Program-made: the position numbers and the translations under genes
From: Vicugna vicugna
Taxonomy: Eukaryota
Assembly (NCBI GenBank): GCA_013265495.1
Contig: MU058423.1
Location: 1,687,061-1,751,060, forward strand
Direction: 5' to 3'
DNA length: 64,000 nt
Notes under the pieces: generated by a model
What the model saw: only the letters and a program-made list of their open reading frames with translations
Databases searched by the model: none
What the model was told of the DNA's origin: nothing
Shown: one piece after another, positions 13,600-29,560 of the stretch
How the letters are laid out: each line of letters opens with the position of its first letter
Numbering within the stretch: position 1 is the first letter of the stretch

Positions 13600-14380
13600 T
13601 TCCCATCAGGAGACAGATCATATCATACACACTAAATATAGTACAGTAAAGCCCTCTAATGGAGCTCTGAACAAAATGCCATAGGTGCTCTGATGAGAAA
13701 GAGAATCATGAGTTCATTTAGAATCAGTTTTATTGAGCTTTCTTTGAAGTGGTAATCATGGCTGACAGGAAGGGTGGGGTCTCAGAAGAGGTGACTGCTA
13801 ATCTGAGCCTTGAAAATTGAATTCGCCAGTGGGAAAAGGGTGTAACAGACGTCCAAGGAGCTAGCGCATGAGCAGCTAGCATGAGCAAAGGCTTGGTAAT
13901 GTGTAAGTAGGTGGCATGTCTAGGGACCAGCAAGTGGTATGGAAGGAACACAGAAGATGCTGCCAGAAAGACAGGTCAGGGCCAGGGTTCAATCATCACA
14001 GCAGCACCAGAGGGCAATGTGATCAAATCTGTGTTTTACAAAAATAACTTGGCTACTTCCTGGAGGATGAAATACATAAGAGAGAGACTGAAAGCAGGGA
14101 GCCTGTTATGAAATGATCATGACAGTGAGGATGGAGAGGTGAGGACAGAATAGAGAGGGACTCGGAGAGAGAAGAGAAAGCATTTAGTGATGGACTGGAT
14201 GTGGGGCAGGCAGAGAAAGAATTCAGGGATGACTTCATATTCCTACATGAAATAAGAAAAACAGGAAGAGAAGCAAGTTTGGAGAGAGAGAGAGATAATG
14301 AGTTCAGTGCTATAAATATTAAGTTTGGGGTATCTTCAGTAAGAATACCCAAGTGAGGAGTTTAGAATATAATTCCAGAG
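13600..14380 (-). mobile_element. Degraded L2 LINE
   Basis: Purine-rich stretch with L2-like motifs on the reverse strand (tgagttcagtgctataaatattaagtttgggg). Confidence 0.55.
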
Positions 14381-14599
14381 TGGAGGATAGACCCTCCCAT
14401 GATGGTAAAGAGAAGGGGAAAAGGGAGGAAGTGGCACTTTAAAAAACAATCTTTCTATCTATGCACAACCCAGCAGGTCCTATGAAACAGAATCAGAACT
14501 GGACAGATACTGTTCCAAAATAACCCATGTACACCAGCAAAACCAGTTCACTCACTGTACCTTCATATGCCTTGTGCCTTCACTCGGCCCCTTTCCTTT

Positions 14600-15060
14600 C
14601 CTCCATTCAACGTATACTGATTAAGCACCAATTTTTGTGCCAGGAACTATTCTAGATTTTGGTGATGCAGAAGTGAAAAAGTCAAAACCCTGCCATCAGG
14701 GAGTATATATCTCAGCGCAGGAGACAGTCAATAAGCAAGTAGCCAAATAAAGATAAAATATAATTTCAAGTAAATAAATGCAATAAGGAAAAAAAAATAA
14801 AGCAGGTGAATGGTTAGAAAGTTACCAAAGTGGGAGAGGAAGGGGAACTCTGAAATTGAGCCATTGCAGTCAGGGCAGTCGTTTCTGATGAAGTGACATT
14901 TTAAATGGAGACCTAAAGTAATGGAGAAAGCCATGTGAAAATCTGGAGGAAGAGCATTTCAGGCAGAGGGAAGAGCAAGTACGAAGACCCTGAGGTAGCA
15001 ACTAGCTTGGTATGATTGAGAAACAACAAGGCAGCCAGGTTGGCTAGAGTAGACCAAATA
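14600..15060 (-). mobile_element. L2 LINE 3' portion
   Basis: cattcaacgtatactgattaagcacc...gtgccaggaactattctag...atctggaggaagagcatttcaggcagaggg. Confidence 0.75.
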
Positions 15061-17449
15061 GTCACAGGGTAGCTTGTGACACTTCTGGTACTAGTGTATT
15101 GTTAACTAAATACTGTTGTGAAGATGTTCATTGATTTATATCCTATCTTCCCAACTCCACGTCAGCTCATTGAGGGCAAAGTCTATAATCAAACTTCATA
15201 CTCCCACAGTACCTAGAACAATGCTTTGCACATAGTAGGTGTTCTTCATTCATTTATCTATAATTGTAATCGGTGGTAATCTCTAGGCCTGCCTCATCCC
15301 ACTCTCAAACACTTTTGGGCTAGTTCCAGAGGCTGCTAACCATCTGGCAAACCATTGGTAAGCTATTTCTAATACTGTTGGGATCAGTAAGAAACTCATG
15401 CCACGTCCAGAGCAATATAGAAAACCCAGACACCAAGATATACCTTTGCTGTTTGCAAACCTGATGGTTTTGCTAAGGTTCTAATATTGAAGACTAAAAT
15501 ATGAGGAAACTCTACACATGCTCAGAGAAGTTGTCAGCTTTGCCAGAGTTCTATGCATAAACATTATAATAATATTATTATTATCCCACAGGGGTGTCAT
15601 GAGGATTAATGAGACATTTTCAAATCATTTTGAGCTGCTCCACGGGTGGTACTAAATAAATGGCATGTGTTCCTCCTGAAGTGGCATTTTTGACACTGGT
15701 TTGTTGTGATGGGCTCTGCTGTCCAACAGGGCTGGAGTTCGCCCACCAACTCATTTCCTATAAACAACAGGCAAGCCATCAGAAGGCAGTGGTTTTCAGT
15801 TAAAATAAATACAAATTGAAGTGAACTAGTTGGCAATCAGGAGAAAATAGGCTGCTGTTAGAAATCTAGTATTTAGTAAGCACTCCCAGAGATCGACATA
15901 AGCATTTCACAGTGTGATACAGTAGAGTCAACACTGGATTTGGAAATGATCCAAGATTTTAGGCCCAGCTCTGTCACTAACCAGCTGTCTCAACTTGAAC
16001 AAACAGCTAAACTTCCCTGGGCTTTGAACATAAAGTAAGAAGCTCATAAACAGTCTTCTAAACAAGGCCAGCACATGAAAGGAATGGAAACAGTCATTTC
16101 TGAAGGGGAGAGATCACAGCAGGAAGAAGCCTGTGACCATCCATCACAGGACCAGCTTCTGTTCTGCTCTTCCTTGCCATTGATTAATATTAATTTCAGT
16201 ACTAATTCCTGCAAATGGAGAAATAAATCACTTTCTAGATCAGACATAGAAGTGCATGAAACATTTGGTCTTTAAAAATAGGGTCTTTGCCTCTCTACAA
16301 GCCATCCTTGCAGCAAACCGTCTGTCTTATTCTTAGATTTAAATATATGAATGATTGATTATACTGCTTCCCTAATTACCAGCTCAAATACAGTGTTCTA
16401 GTTTTGTGAGAGAGGATTCTACATGGTCGTCCACTTTTACCATCTTACAACATATGGTACTATCTGCAGTGCCTGGCCCTGACCTGAAGGCAAAGTGGAA
16501 GATAAAAGGCCAGAAAAACAAACATGGGTGCTTGTTGCACTCAGAAGCGGCAGAGGGGGAAGGAAACCTTGCGGAATAACTAAGTAATGTACTGTGAGGT
16601 CAGTTTCTCCTCATCCCTCGTCCCAGGAATCCCAGTGGTCTTGGGCTCAGAATAAAAAGAAATGTTGACACTCCAGAGCAGATGGAAACACAGAGAATTA
16701 CTTGTTGGGGAATTAATTCAACAAACATATACTGAGTTCCTACTGTTTATCAGGCATTTTGGTAGTTGCCAGGAATATAAATTGGATAAGATCTGGCTCT
16801 GCCCTAGAGAACCTCATAGGTGGGAGTATTGTGGAAGCAATAACCACAAATCACTCTTACTTGAAGCTGAACTGTCAGCTAAGATAGGATGGGGAGGGAG
16901 TTGTCTGCAAAACACTTCCTCTTCTTAAATGAGCTGAATGATAGAATCTGAAATATGTTTTTTTAAGCCTAGTATTGACTCTAAATTGGAGTTGCTAAAA
17001 TGTCTGGAACAGAAATTGTGATCAAAGTGACCTCAACAATTTGGAGAAATAATGCAGGTTCAGAGGAGGTAACTTTAAGTTATTATCTCCAGGCCAAAAT
17101 CAAACAGAGATAAAGGTTGTGGAACGAATGTTCTCGCAGTTTAACAACTAGAACGTGCCAAATTCCCTGCGGCAAGGACAGCGGTTGAACTTCAACAGAG
17201 GGTCTAGGTACCGGTCTCGCTCCTGTCCCTCCCACCACAGACTTAGGATGGGATGTGAATTTACTCCTATATTCCCACCGACAGGAAATCTCACTGTACT
17301 GAAAAGACCAGGCTGTCCTCTCCAAACCCAACCAGAAACTTGCTCTTTGAATCTTCCCAAAGGCTGAAATCTCAGCGACGAAAGGTAGTGTGAACTATTC
17401 ACTACAGAAGCAAAGTCCTGTATGCCTTAAACGACCATTTTCTTCAGAC

Positions 17450-19924
<2,475 letters not shown>

Positions 19925-21990
19925 TACATAAAACAAGTGACATGCTGTGCTCAGTATTGTGTGGAACGTGCCCCCTTGGTCTGTGTATGCCCTTGTTTTA
20001 TACATTTCCAGACCATTCATCAATGAAAGGACATGAAGAAGTGGAAAGCACACTTCATTCTCCCTCTCCCTACTGCTTCATACTGAAACAGGTGTCTGTT
20101 TTGCAAGTGGGCTGCATTCTCTCAGCTCTCTTATTTTTTCCCCTCTCCCTCTCAATATTTCCGACAACAAACTTACTTTAAACTTGATTTTTAGTACAAG
20201 CTCTGTAAAAAAAAAAAAACTAAAAAAAAACTGTACATCCCGGGAGGAAATGAAACTAAAGAACAGTTAAGAGTAACTGTTTAACCTCAGAATCGAAAAG
20301 CAGTTGTTTGTTTACTAAGTAAAGCAGGCACATACTTAAACGATGCTTCAGTTTGATGGACCCTTCAACATTACTGAATATTTAGTTCAGTTGCCTACAC
20401 TGTGGATATGTGGATGAAAAGTCTAATTAGAACAATGAGTTGTAAACCCACCATAAGTTTATTTGGTTTTCAACTGGAATTTCCATTTGCAACACCCCCT
20501 CCTGAAAATTTAAGGATCTCTACGATTTTGAACAAAGGGAAGTGCCCAAGATGCTCTGATCTGACTCATTAATTTAACTCTTTGGGACTTGTTAAGCATT
20601 TCGAAAGTATTAGACTAACAGATTCCTGTGAAATTCTGTGTGCACTCCAGCTAACATCTATCAAAGTCTAGAAACAGATGTTTTCAGTGCTGCTGAGAGA
20701 AACAAAAAAATTTCCTAATGCGTCTGAGAGATAATCTTCTGCAGTATCACAAGAAGATTAAAGTGGCAGACACTCCTTCCAGCAGAAGTTACTAATTCGG
20801 ACCTGACTGATGCAGTTCCCATAGCAACCCATGTTTCCCGGGAAACCCGAAAAAGGTTGTCATGGCATCTCTCGCTCTCTAGCCCCACCCCCTAGCCCCT
20901 GCCGTTTCCACAGTAACCTTTCCAGATGGTTCCTACTTACAGGATTTCACAAGGAAAACCACTGTTTGAATAAACCGCACAAATAAAGTTAAGTCTGAGA
21001 ATCCAAGGTGGTGAAATGAATCACAAAATGCATATTTTTACTGCCAGAAAGTCACTGATGTCATCCCATAATGACTGAATCAAAAAGGAAAATATCGTCA
21101 TTGAAATGTTAAATATACACCACAATAAGCCGTGATTTGAATTAAATGCCAGTAATTGGGCAATCATTTTAAAAGATGCTTCTCTACTGTTTTCTTTCCC
21201 CAAGAAGTTTCAAGCCAACAAATGAAATTTAGAAACAAATGTAAAAGTGTTCTGCACATAAACAAATGAAAGATTCAATCAGTATACCTGAAATCTTACC
21301 ACAAGGGACCTTCAGATATCCTCTTTAAAAAAAAACCAATTCAGATTCCACAACAACACTGTCAGCATCACAGCGCTTGAAAAACTAAATATACTTGAAA
21401 AATACAAAGGATGCACACTTTTAACTGAAGGAATTGCAGACAAGCAATAAAAAAGAGGGACGAGAAGTAACCAAACCTTGGGGAAATACCTGCAAGTTTC
21501 ATCCATATGCCAGGGGTTGCCAGAAGACAGACAGAATCAGGTGAGCACTGTGTGGGCAGCTGAGAGCCCTCCCTTTTTGTACAGGGAACCGGGGAATGCC
21601 ATTCGCATCTAGATTTGTGATAACTTGCAAAATCAATAGTTTCATATTCATTACATAGGCGCCTTTTAAAAATCATTTATAACACCTTTTCTGTTTGATG
21701 TTCATGTTACTAACTATTCTTTGGTCCCTTTCCCGTTTTTGTTTTTTGTTTTTGGTAAAAGAATGAAGAAAAAATTCATTTCTCTTCACAATAACCTTCA
21801 CCCAAACTGAGCTGAAGATGATTCCATTCCTTTTACTTGGCTTCTGAACAACCTGTTTGCCTTGGGAAAAAAAAAAGATAAAAGGCAGAACTGCTGTGAG
21901 CTTATTGGTCCAGTTTTTATTTAGACAATTATTTAGTGGTATGCAGTAGTACAGTTCTTTGAAATAAAGATTGTTAAAATTGCAATAAGG
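19925..21990 (+). other. KCNA3: Proximal KCNA3 3'UTR region with candidate poly(A) signals
   Basis: Directly follows the TAA stop with no obvious interspersed repeats. AATAAA at 20969, 20982, 21446 and 21963. The end actually used cannot be determined from sequence. Confidence 0.6.
20815..20917. promoter_or_regulatory. Cluster of four RFX X-box-like palindromes downstream of the KCNA3 stop
   Basis: gttcccatagcaac (20815), gtttcccgggaaac (20833), gttgtcatggcatc (20856), gtttccacagtaac (20904), compared with consensus GTNRCC(N0-3)RGYAAC. Confidence 0.55.
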
Positions 21991-22889
21991 GTACCATTTT
22001 ATTTTAACACAATCATTTTATTTTATATACATTATATAAGTTATACATTACACATTATCCATAATTCCTTTTTGGTTTGATGGGTATAACTACTGTATCC
22101 CAGAGTAAATGAGAGTAATCCTATTTTTAAAGCTCATAAAATATTTTCAAGTAGTCAGAAGCCTACTTACTTTATTATTTGTGCATTTGAGAAATGAAAA
22201 GTAGTGATTAAGACCAAAAGAGGGGGAAGAAGAAGGAAAAGACAAAAAAAAATTGAGTCAGGAGATCTGTGTACCTGGTCATAGAGTCATTGTTCTTATA
22301 TACGTGCTTCAAAATAGAACTGCTTTATCTAGTTCCCTTTGCTAGTTGTTCCCTTTGCTAGTTGTTTGAGTTACCTTTAACATTGATCCACCTTGTGACC
22401 AAACTTTTGGTATTTTTCATGACCAGAAATTCTTTTTATAACACATTTGGTGGCAATATGGTAGACACACTATAGTAATTATGTAAGAATATTTTTGTAT
22501 CTCTTCTTAAAAGATCTTAACATAAAGATGAACAAAGTGCAGTGACAATTTTATTCACATTTATTCAGAAGATGTAGAAACTCTGATTAGTTCTGTAAGT
22601 AAATTATGGTTGTGCCATAATTTTTGGAATCATGTGGTTTTTTAAATAGCAGTAATAAAAATTTTTTTTAATCCAGAAAAATATGGCTTTTGAGTCATAA
22701 CTTTGAGGTAGCATTGTTGCTGCTAGTCGCCATATTGTAAGCTCCTTGAAGGTTACAGGATCTGCACAGGTCTTGGCAAAGTTTCGGATTGTCATGTCCA
22801 GCACTGAACGTAGCACCTTGTTTGTATTCAGTTCATAATTGATGAGTGAATGGCTGTTACCTTACATTCATGTTATTTTGAGGCTTTTA

Positions 22890-23080
22890 ATGAAGTGGTT
22901 TAAAGCATAAGTTCTACAGTCATATTGCCAGGGTTTGAATCCTGACTCGACTGCATGACCTTGAGCAAATTACCTAATCACTCTGTGCCTCAGTTTCCTT
23001 ATTTGTAAAATGAGGATAATAAATAATACCTCATAGGGTTGTTGTGAATATGAAATGTTAATGCAGGTATATTACATCAG
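22890..23080 (+). mobile_element. MIR SINE
   Basis: gggtttgaatcctgactc...tgaccttgagcaaattacctaatcactctgtgcctcagtttccttatttgtaaaatgaggataat. Confidence 0.85.
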
Positions 23081-23209
23081 AGATTTTGCCAAGAGATTAT
23101 TATTGTGATCATTACACATAGGTGTTGTATAATTAATATCAAGCTTTATGAATGATATGAAATACATAAATAATCTGTGTCTTCCTATTGACTTTCTATA
23201 ATATCAATA

Positions 23210-23400
23210 ATAATTACGATTTATTAAGGATCAACTACGTCCAGGACACTTCTCAACTCTGCAAGGTAAGTGGTATTAACCCTGTCTTAGGAGGGTAAAA
23301 AGTAGATGGTTAATGCTAAGTGATTTCCCTAAGACTTCACAGCTAGGAGAGACCCAGCATGATTTAAAGTAGATCATTTTGGCCCCCAAAACCGTGTTCC
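23210..23400 (-). mobile_element. MIR SINE (degraded)
   Basis: atttattaaggatcaactacgtccaggacact...aagtgatttccctaagacttcacagctagg. Confidence 0.55.
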
Positions 23401-26229
23401 TTTTATTGAGTAACTTGAAAGAGATTGAGAAAATAAATTTCTTATACTTACAGGTTTGCCTTCAGCCCATGTTACTAAATAATGAATTCATGTAAAGATC
23501 ATATCTCCAGAAACCTAATCCATTCAGTGTACTGAAAATTAACCCTTTTCCTAACCATCAGCTATTTTTAACCAGAGGGACCAAATATATTGTTTAAATC
23601 AGATGAAGAGATGGACTCTTCTAGTAATAAAAGATTATTTTCTAACAAAATTGATTTATCTGGATTTAATATTATAGTACCCAGAGAGTATAATGATAGT
23701 AGTGATACCTGCTAAAACAATGGATGTTTTTCAGTTTTAAGATTAAATTTCCTATTTTCCTGTGTTTTAATCTACAACAGATGATAGTATTATGCAGATT
23801 GTTGTTTTTCCATCTTCTTATAATTTGTTTAGGTTACTGAAGAGCCATGCCAGAAAGTAGTGTAAACATTTTGACTCTCCCTTATTAAGAAAGAGGAAAT
23901 TACTTAGAACAAAAGCATTGAAAGCAGATGAAGACTGCCATTTCATTGAAATTTGTGGTGGTATTGCCTTACCTAACCACTCCATGAGTCTTTAAGAGCC
24001 TCCTTGCTTAAAAAAACATTAGAATATAATTGTGTCCCACATAATAGTTGTAGCCTTTTCCCTAAGGTCCTAAGGCATTTAAAAAATGAAAATGGATAGT
24101 GAATTGGGCTTAGAGCAGGATGTTAATGAGTCCAGGTTTACACATGCCAATTAGCTTTGCCAAACCGCAGACTTCACTGAGCCCAACTGTGTGTCTTGGA
24201 TGTTGAAAGGTATACATATGTCTGTGTATACGAGGGATTCATGGGAGGAGGTGTGACTGGATCAGGGCATATCCTTCAACACCCTGGGAAAAGTGTATAC
24301 ACCCTACAGCTGGCGAATCCAAAAATCAAGACAACAACATTGTTATCGTTTCATTTCTTGTATGGTGTTTTAAACTGATATTATAACAAATTTAACTACC
24401 CACCAACTAAAGGGACATAATCACAAATGGCTACATATAAGAGGCGTGTTGTATCAGTTATTTCTAAATTTTGAAATAAAATTTCAGAATTGAAATTTTA
24501 AATGTACAGTATGAAGACATTTAAAGTTGTGCTTCATTTACATGAAACTTGTTGTTTCCTTGGAGTGTAACATGCTCAAGTCATTGCTTTGCTGATAGTA
24601 TATAAATCCAATGTATGAAGTACCCACCAATAGTCTATTCCTTTGAGAGCCATAACTATAATGTACTGGCTTCTATGCATTTAAAATGTCAACATTTTCT
24701 ACAGCAGTTCCAAGTTCTTCCCACCTCTCAGCTGTGAATAGAAGTGATAGCCTTTCCCACTAAGAAATGCAAAGCAACACAGGTGCCCCCCCAGTCTGAA
24801 GACTTAGGGAAGCGCTGTGAGATAGAGGTGAGGAGCGTAAGAGTGGGGAAGGGGATATTTAGGGATTACATTTTCAGGTGGGTTTTTTCCCTTCCTGTTT
24901 TGTATTTGGCCTTTTAAACTAAGGAGGATAAAAGGCTATTGCTTTTGTACTACTAATTTCCTGCATTTTGTTTAGCAGTTTTATGTATTTTAATGAAATC
25001 ACTTGTGTTTTTATAACCTGCTGGGAGTGGTTGATCATCTTTGAGAGAAGGCCAGTCAGAGGAGGCAAGAGGAAGGGAGGGAAAGCCATGCAGAACCCAA
25101 ACCTTACCACTGTGTCCCAGCCCCTAACCTCCTGCCAAGAAATAGCCATTGCCATAGAGTATATGTGATAACAGTATTTTTTGATACTCATGCTCACCTT
25201 GCAAATATAATTTAAGTGATTTAGACAGGTTGGAAAGTTTTCAAATATTTGTCTTTGTTTTCAGCAATGCTATGAACTAATTTTGTCTTCAAAATTGTAA
25301 AGAAAAAACATTTTACAAAGAAACAGTTTCATGGTTTTTCTCCTTTTTGAGCTGGATGAGTTTTTCCTTACCTTTCAGATTTTGCACCATTAACTAGCAA
25401 ATGCATTAAAGAAGAGGCCTGGAAAAGAGGCTCCATCATTTTCTTGGGAGCCCCTTTATTATTGTTGCAACCTAAATAGTGCAGAATAGGAACTCTTGCC
25501 TGAAAAGTAAATCCAAGGATTCTGATAGTTAGTAAGGTAGCAGTTAAGTGAACAAAAAAAAAAGTCATGTTTTAGTTTATCTAAACGATGTTAGGAATAA
25601 ATCTGTGCATGCAGAGCTCTGACTTTGCAGATACAGGGATCTCACCCTCCAGTGTGGTGATAGGGAATGGAGTGAAGCTTTTTCTCCTCCAGGAGCCCCG
25701 ACCCTCACCCTCACCCTTCCCTTGGGAGCACAAAGTCTCTGGGGAATCTCTATGGAGATCCCCACCAACTCTTCTGAATGAAAGTCAGCATTGTACCTAT
25801 GTGTTATATGTCAATCAGCACTCCTATTTCACTTGTTTTTCATTGAGTTTATATTAAACTCCTGTTCTTTAAGAATCCTAAGATTCTTAGTTTTATACAT
25901 TTAATGTGTTCCTTAAATTAAAGCATTTAATTGAATTTGGAATAGAAGCCATTGGGGGTTATTTATTACACACACACACACTTCATCTGTTGATAAGTTA
26001 TTCCTTATCCTAAGATTTATTTACTTTTTGTCTGTAGATCTAAACAGTCTTAATTGTTTTTCTGAAAATCAGTGAATTTCCAAAATATTGATTCTCATTC
26101 ATATGTGCAGCATAAACATTTACAAATCATTGTTATTTTTTAAAACCTTGCTTAAGAGGCAGGTTTATTGCCTAGTATTCTCAATGTACCTATTTATGTA
26201 GTAATAGAGTCATAAAAGTAGTGAATACA

Positions 26230-27457
26230 TTCAGTCTATCACTGAGTTTTGTCATTTCGCTTCCTAAATATCTCTGAAAAGAATTGACTTTTCTACATCG
26301 CTGCCACCACCACTTTAGTCCACACTGCTGTCACCTCTATCCTGAATCGGGATGAAGTTCTCTTAACTGGCTTCCCCACATTTCCTGTGGCCAGTCTGAC
26401 CCATTCTCCACCTGGTAGCCAGGACGATCTTCTTGAGACTCAGATCTGATTCTGTCACCTCCCTTTGCTTAAAATTCTTTCAAGGTCTTTTTTCTTGTTC
26501 TTAAGATAGAGACGCGAAGGCTTAACATAGCCCTCATGGCCCCACATGATCTGGCTCAGCCTTCCTATCTAGCCTTATCCTTTCCCTGTGCTCCTCCCCT
26601 CATTCTGTTGGACTCCAGCAACCCTGGTCTTCTTCCTGTTATGGAATAGGTTCCCTTTTGGCCTTAAGCAACAGGGATCTTTGCAAATGTTCACTGTTAG
26701 CCCCTTCCTCCCCTCCTCACCTCATATACTTCTATCTTTACTTCAGTACTTCCTCCAAGACATCTCTCATGACTCTGGTTTTATCAATTCCCCATTATGG
26801 TATATTTCATCAAATTTAAGGTGCCTTGGATTATTAGAACCACCATTATTTTATATTCCATTTAAAAAAGGAAAACTGCTGCCAGTTATAAGGGAAAGTA
26901 TCAGTGATTTTAAGGTACACCCCAATTTCGTAGATGCTCAAATCTAAAAAAGTAAGTCGTAGAATGAATTAAATGTTATCTTGATGTAGCTGTCATTCTG
27001 TATTAATTTGTGTTATATGATTAATGTCTATTTCTTCTATGAGGTTGGGGACTGTGTCTCTCTTTGTTCACCATTGTATCCCTTCTCATTCTCTCCTGAA
27101 TCTGCTCAAGTCACGCTTTCACCCCCACCACCTCACCAAAAATGTACTTTTCAGGGTCACTGGTGACCTCCTATAGCTACACCCAGTAGCCATTTCTCAG
27201 TACTCATTTCATTTGACCCATCAGAAGCATTTGGCACTATAGAATACTCCTCCGCTCCTGAGAAGAAATTTTTTATTTAACTTCCAGGATGCTACGCTCT
27301 GGATTTTCTTCCTACTTCTCAGGTCTCTCCTTCTGAATCTCTTTACTGATTCTTCCTCATCTCCCCTGGGTCTTCATGTTGGAGGACCCCTGCACCATGG
27401 ATTAGTCCCTGGACCTCTTTTCTGTCTACATTCAGTCATACACACACACACACACAC

Positions 27458-27498
<41 letters not shown>

Positions 27499-28860
27499 TA
27501 TTTTATTGAAATATAATCAGTTTACAATGTTGTATCAATTTCTGGTGTACAGCATAATGCTTCAGTCATACATGAACATACATATATTCGTTTTCATATT
27601 CTTTTTCACCATAAGTTACTACAAGATATTGAATATAGTTCCTCGTGCTATACAGTATGAGCTTTTTGTTTATTGGATTTTGTGAGAATCCTCCTGTATT
27701 TTGAAGCAAGAGACACTGCCAGAGCTCAGTAGGTGTTCTGTGTGTTTCAGTGAGTTTGTAGATGTAATTCTTGGTATATTTATGGGAGAGGGTGAGCTGC
27801 CACCCTCTACTCTGCCACCTTGGCTCAACCCCCTGCATTCAGTCTTCTCGTTTTAGCTTTAGACTATCCGTATGTGTGTTTATATCTCCCACCTGGACCT
27901 CTCTCCTGAACTCTGGATTGAATTTCCAGCTGTCTACTTGTCTCCACTTGCACAGCTAATGGATATCTCAAACTTAACATGTTCAAAATTGAGCTTCTTT
28001 CTCCTCTCCACCCCCACCCCCGCCCCACTGTCAAGCTAATGCCTCCTGCCTTCTTCCTCATCTCCATTACTGGCAACTTCAATTTTCTAGTTGCTCAAGC
28101 TAAAATCCTTTGGATTATCTTTCTCTCACCCACCCCTACCTCATCCAATCTATTTGCAAATCCTGTGGCTCCCCTTTTAAGTTGTCTCCAGAGTCTTACC
28201 ACTTCTGCCACCATCCAAGCCATCATTATCTCTCACATGGATTTTTACAGTACCCTCCTGACTGGTCCCCTAGCTTCTGTTCTTTCCCCTGCTTGAGTCT
28301 GTTCTCAGCATAGCAGCCAGAATTGTCCTTTTAAAACACTTGTCAGATCATGTTACTTCTTCATGGCAAAACCCTCTTTGGCTCCCCCATTTCACACAGA
28401 ATACACACTAAAGGCCTCTCAGTGGCTGGCAAGGCCCTACCTGATCTAGCTCCCCTTATCCTTCTGACCTCATTTCTGACTCCTCTTAACACTGCAGCTG
28501 CACTGGCCTCCTTGCTCTTCTTCAAATACTGCTCTTCTTCAGGTCTTTGTGCTTCTTGTTCCCCTGCCTGGACGGTACTGGCATCTGACACCTGCAAGGC
28601 TCATGCCTTCACCTTTTTAGGTGCCACTGTTTCAGTGAAACCTTCCCTGGCTGTTCTGTTTAAAACTGCAGCCCCCAGCACTCCCTATATCCTTTCTCTG
28701 CCTTATTTCCTCCTCTAAAATGTTAGATATTTTACTTTGTTTATTGTTGTCTTCCCTTCCCTTCCATGAAAACAGGGTTTTTGTCTGATCATCGGTTCTG
28801 TATCCCCCAAGACTTAGAATATGACCTGGAATAAAGTTGGTGCTTAGTAAGTATTTATTT
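26230..28860 (+). mobile_element. L2 LINE fragments, interrupted at 27438-27833 by an L1-derived element
   Basis: Pyrimidine-rich L2 motifs (ctcaaacttaacatgttcaaaattgagctt; cagcatagcagccagaattgtccttttaaaac), ending in the L2 tail gtgcttagtaagtatttatt. Confidence 0.8.
27438..27833 (-). mobile_element. Internally deleted L1 (5' tip ~155 bp + 3' tip ~175 bp + microsatellite-converted tail) with TSD
   Basis: Minus strand starts gggggttgagccaaggtggcagagtagagg...tacatctac...cagaacacctactgagctctggcag (L1 5'UTR start) and continues directly into the L1 3' terminus. TSD tacattcagtc (27427-27437) / tgcattcagtc (27834-27844). Confidence 0.75.
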
Positions 28861-29560
28861 AAGGGAGGGATGATAAGAAAGGAAATAGCATTCCAGTTTG
28901 AGCGTTTTTAAACTATAAACAGAATGTGCCAGTTGTGTATCTGTGCTTCATTTTGTCACTGTAAGGGTTATACTCCTCACCATGCTCTTCTGAATAAAAT
29001 TTCTTGCAATTGGCTTACTGGAAAAGACTTCTATTTGACAAAACATGCTCCAGCAGGTTTACCCACCCAATTATGGGGATGGATGTCCTTAATATAAATA
29101 TTTTAAATATAACATTAATATGCGGTATCACTCCTAACCACCAAGGGTATCTGGAAGTCAGATGCTTCACAGAGACCTAATAGCTAATAGAATGCTGTTT
29201 ATAAATGACACTCAGCATATACTTGTTGACTAATTGACCCGAATAGTACAGACAGTAAAAATCAGAACAAGTCAATGGTATATCTAGGAACTTACCTATC
29301 TAGCACACATTAAAAAAAAAAAACAACTTCCCTGTAAGTTCAGTCTTGGCTTCAGTTAATGGTGAGTCCTTAAACATTCGTGGGGTCTTCATAACTATGG
29401 AAACTGATTGAATAAAGCATTAGAGATTTCATCAATGAATCACATTAAAGAATTATATTGTTGCACATAAGTCCTTACTGGATAAAATTACTTCTTTTAC
29501 GAAATAACCTAACTTTTCATGTAGTTGTCAAGTAATATGGCAGGATCATAAAAATTGGCT

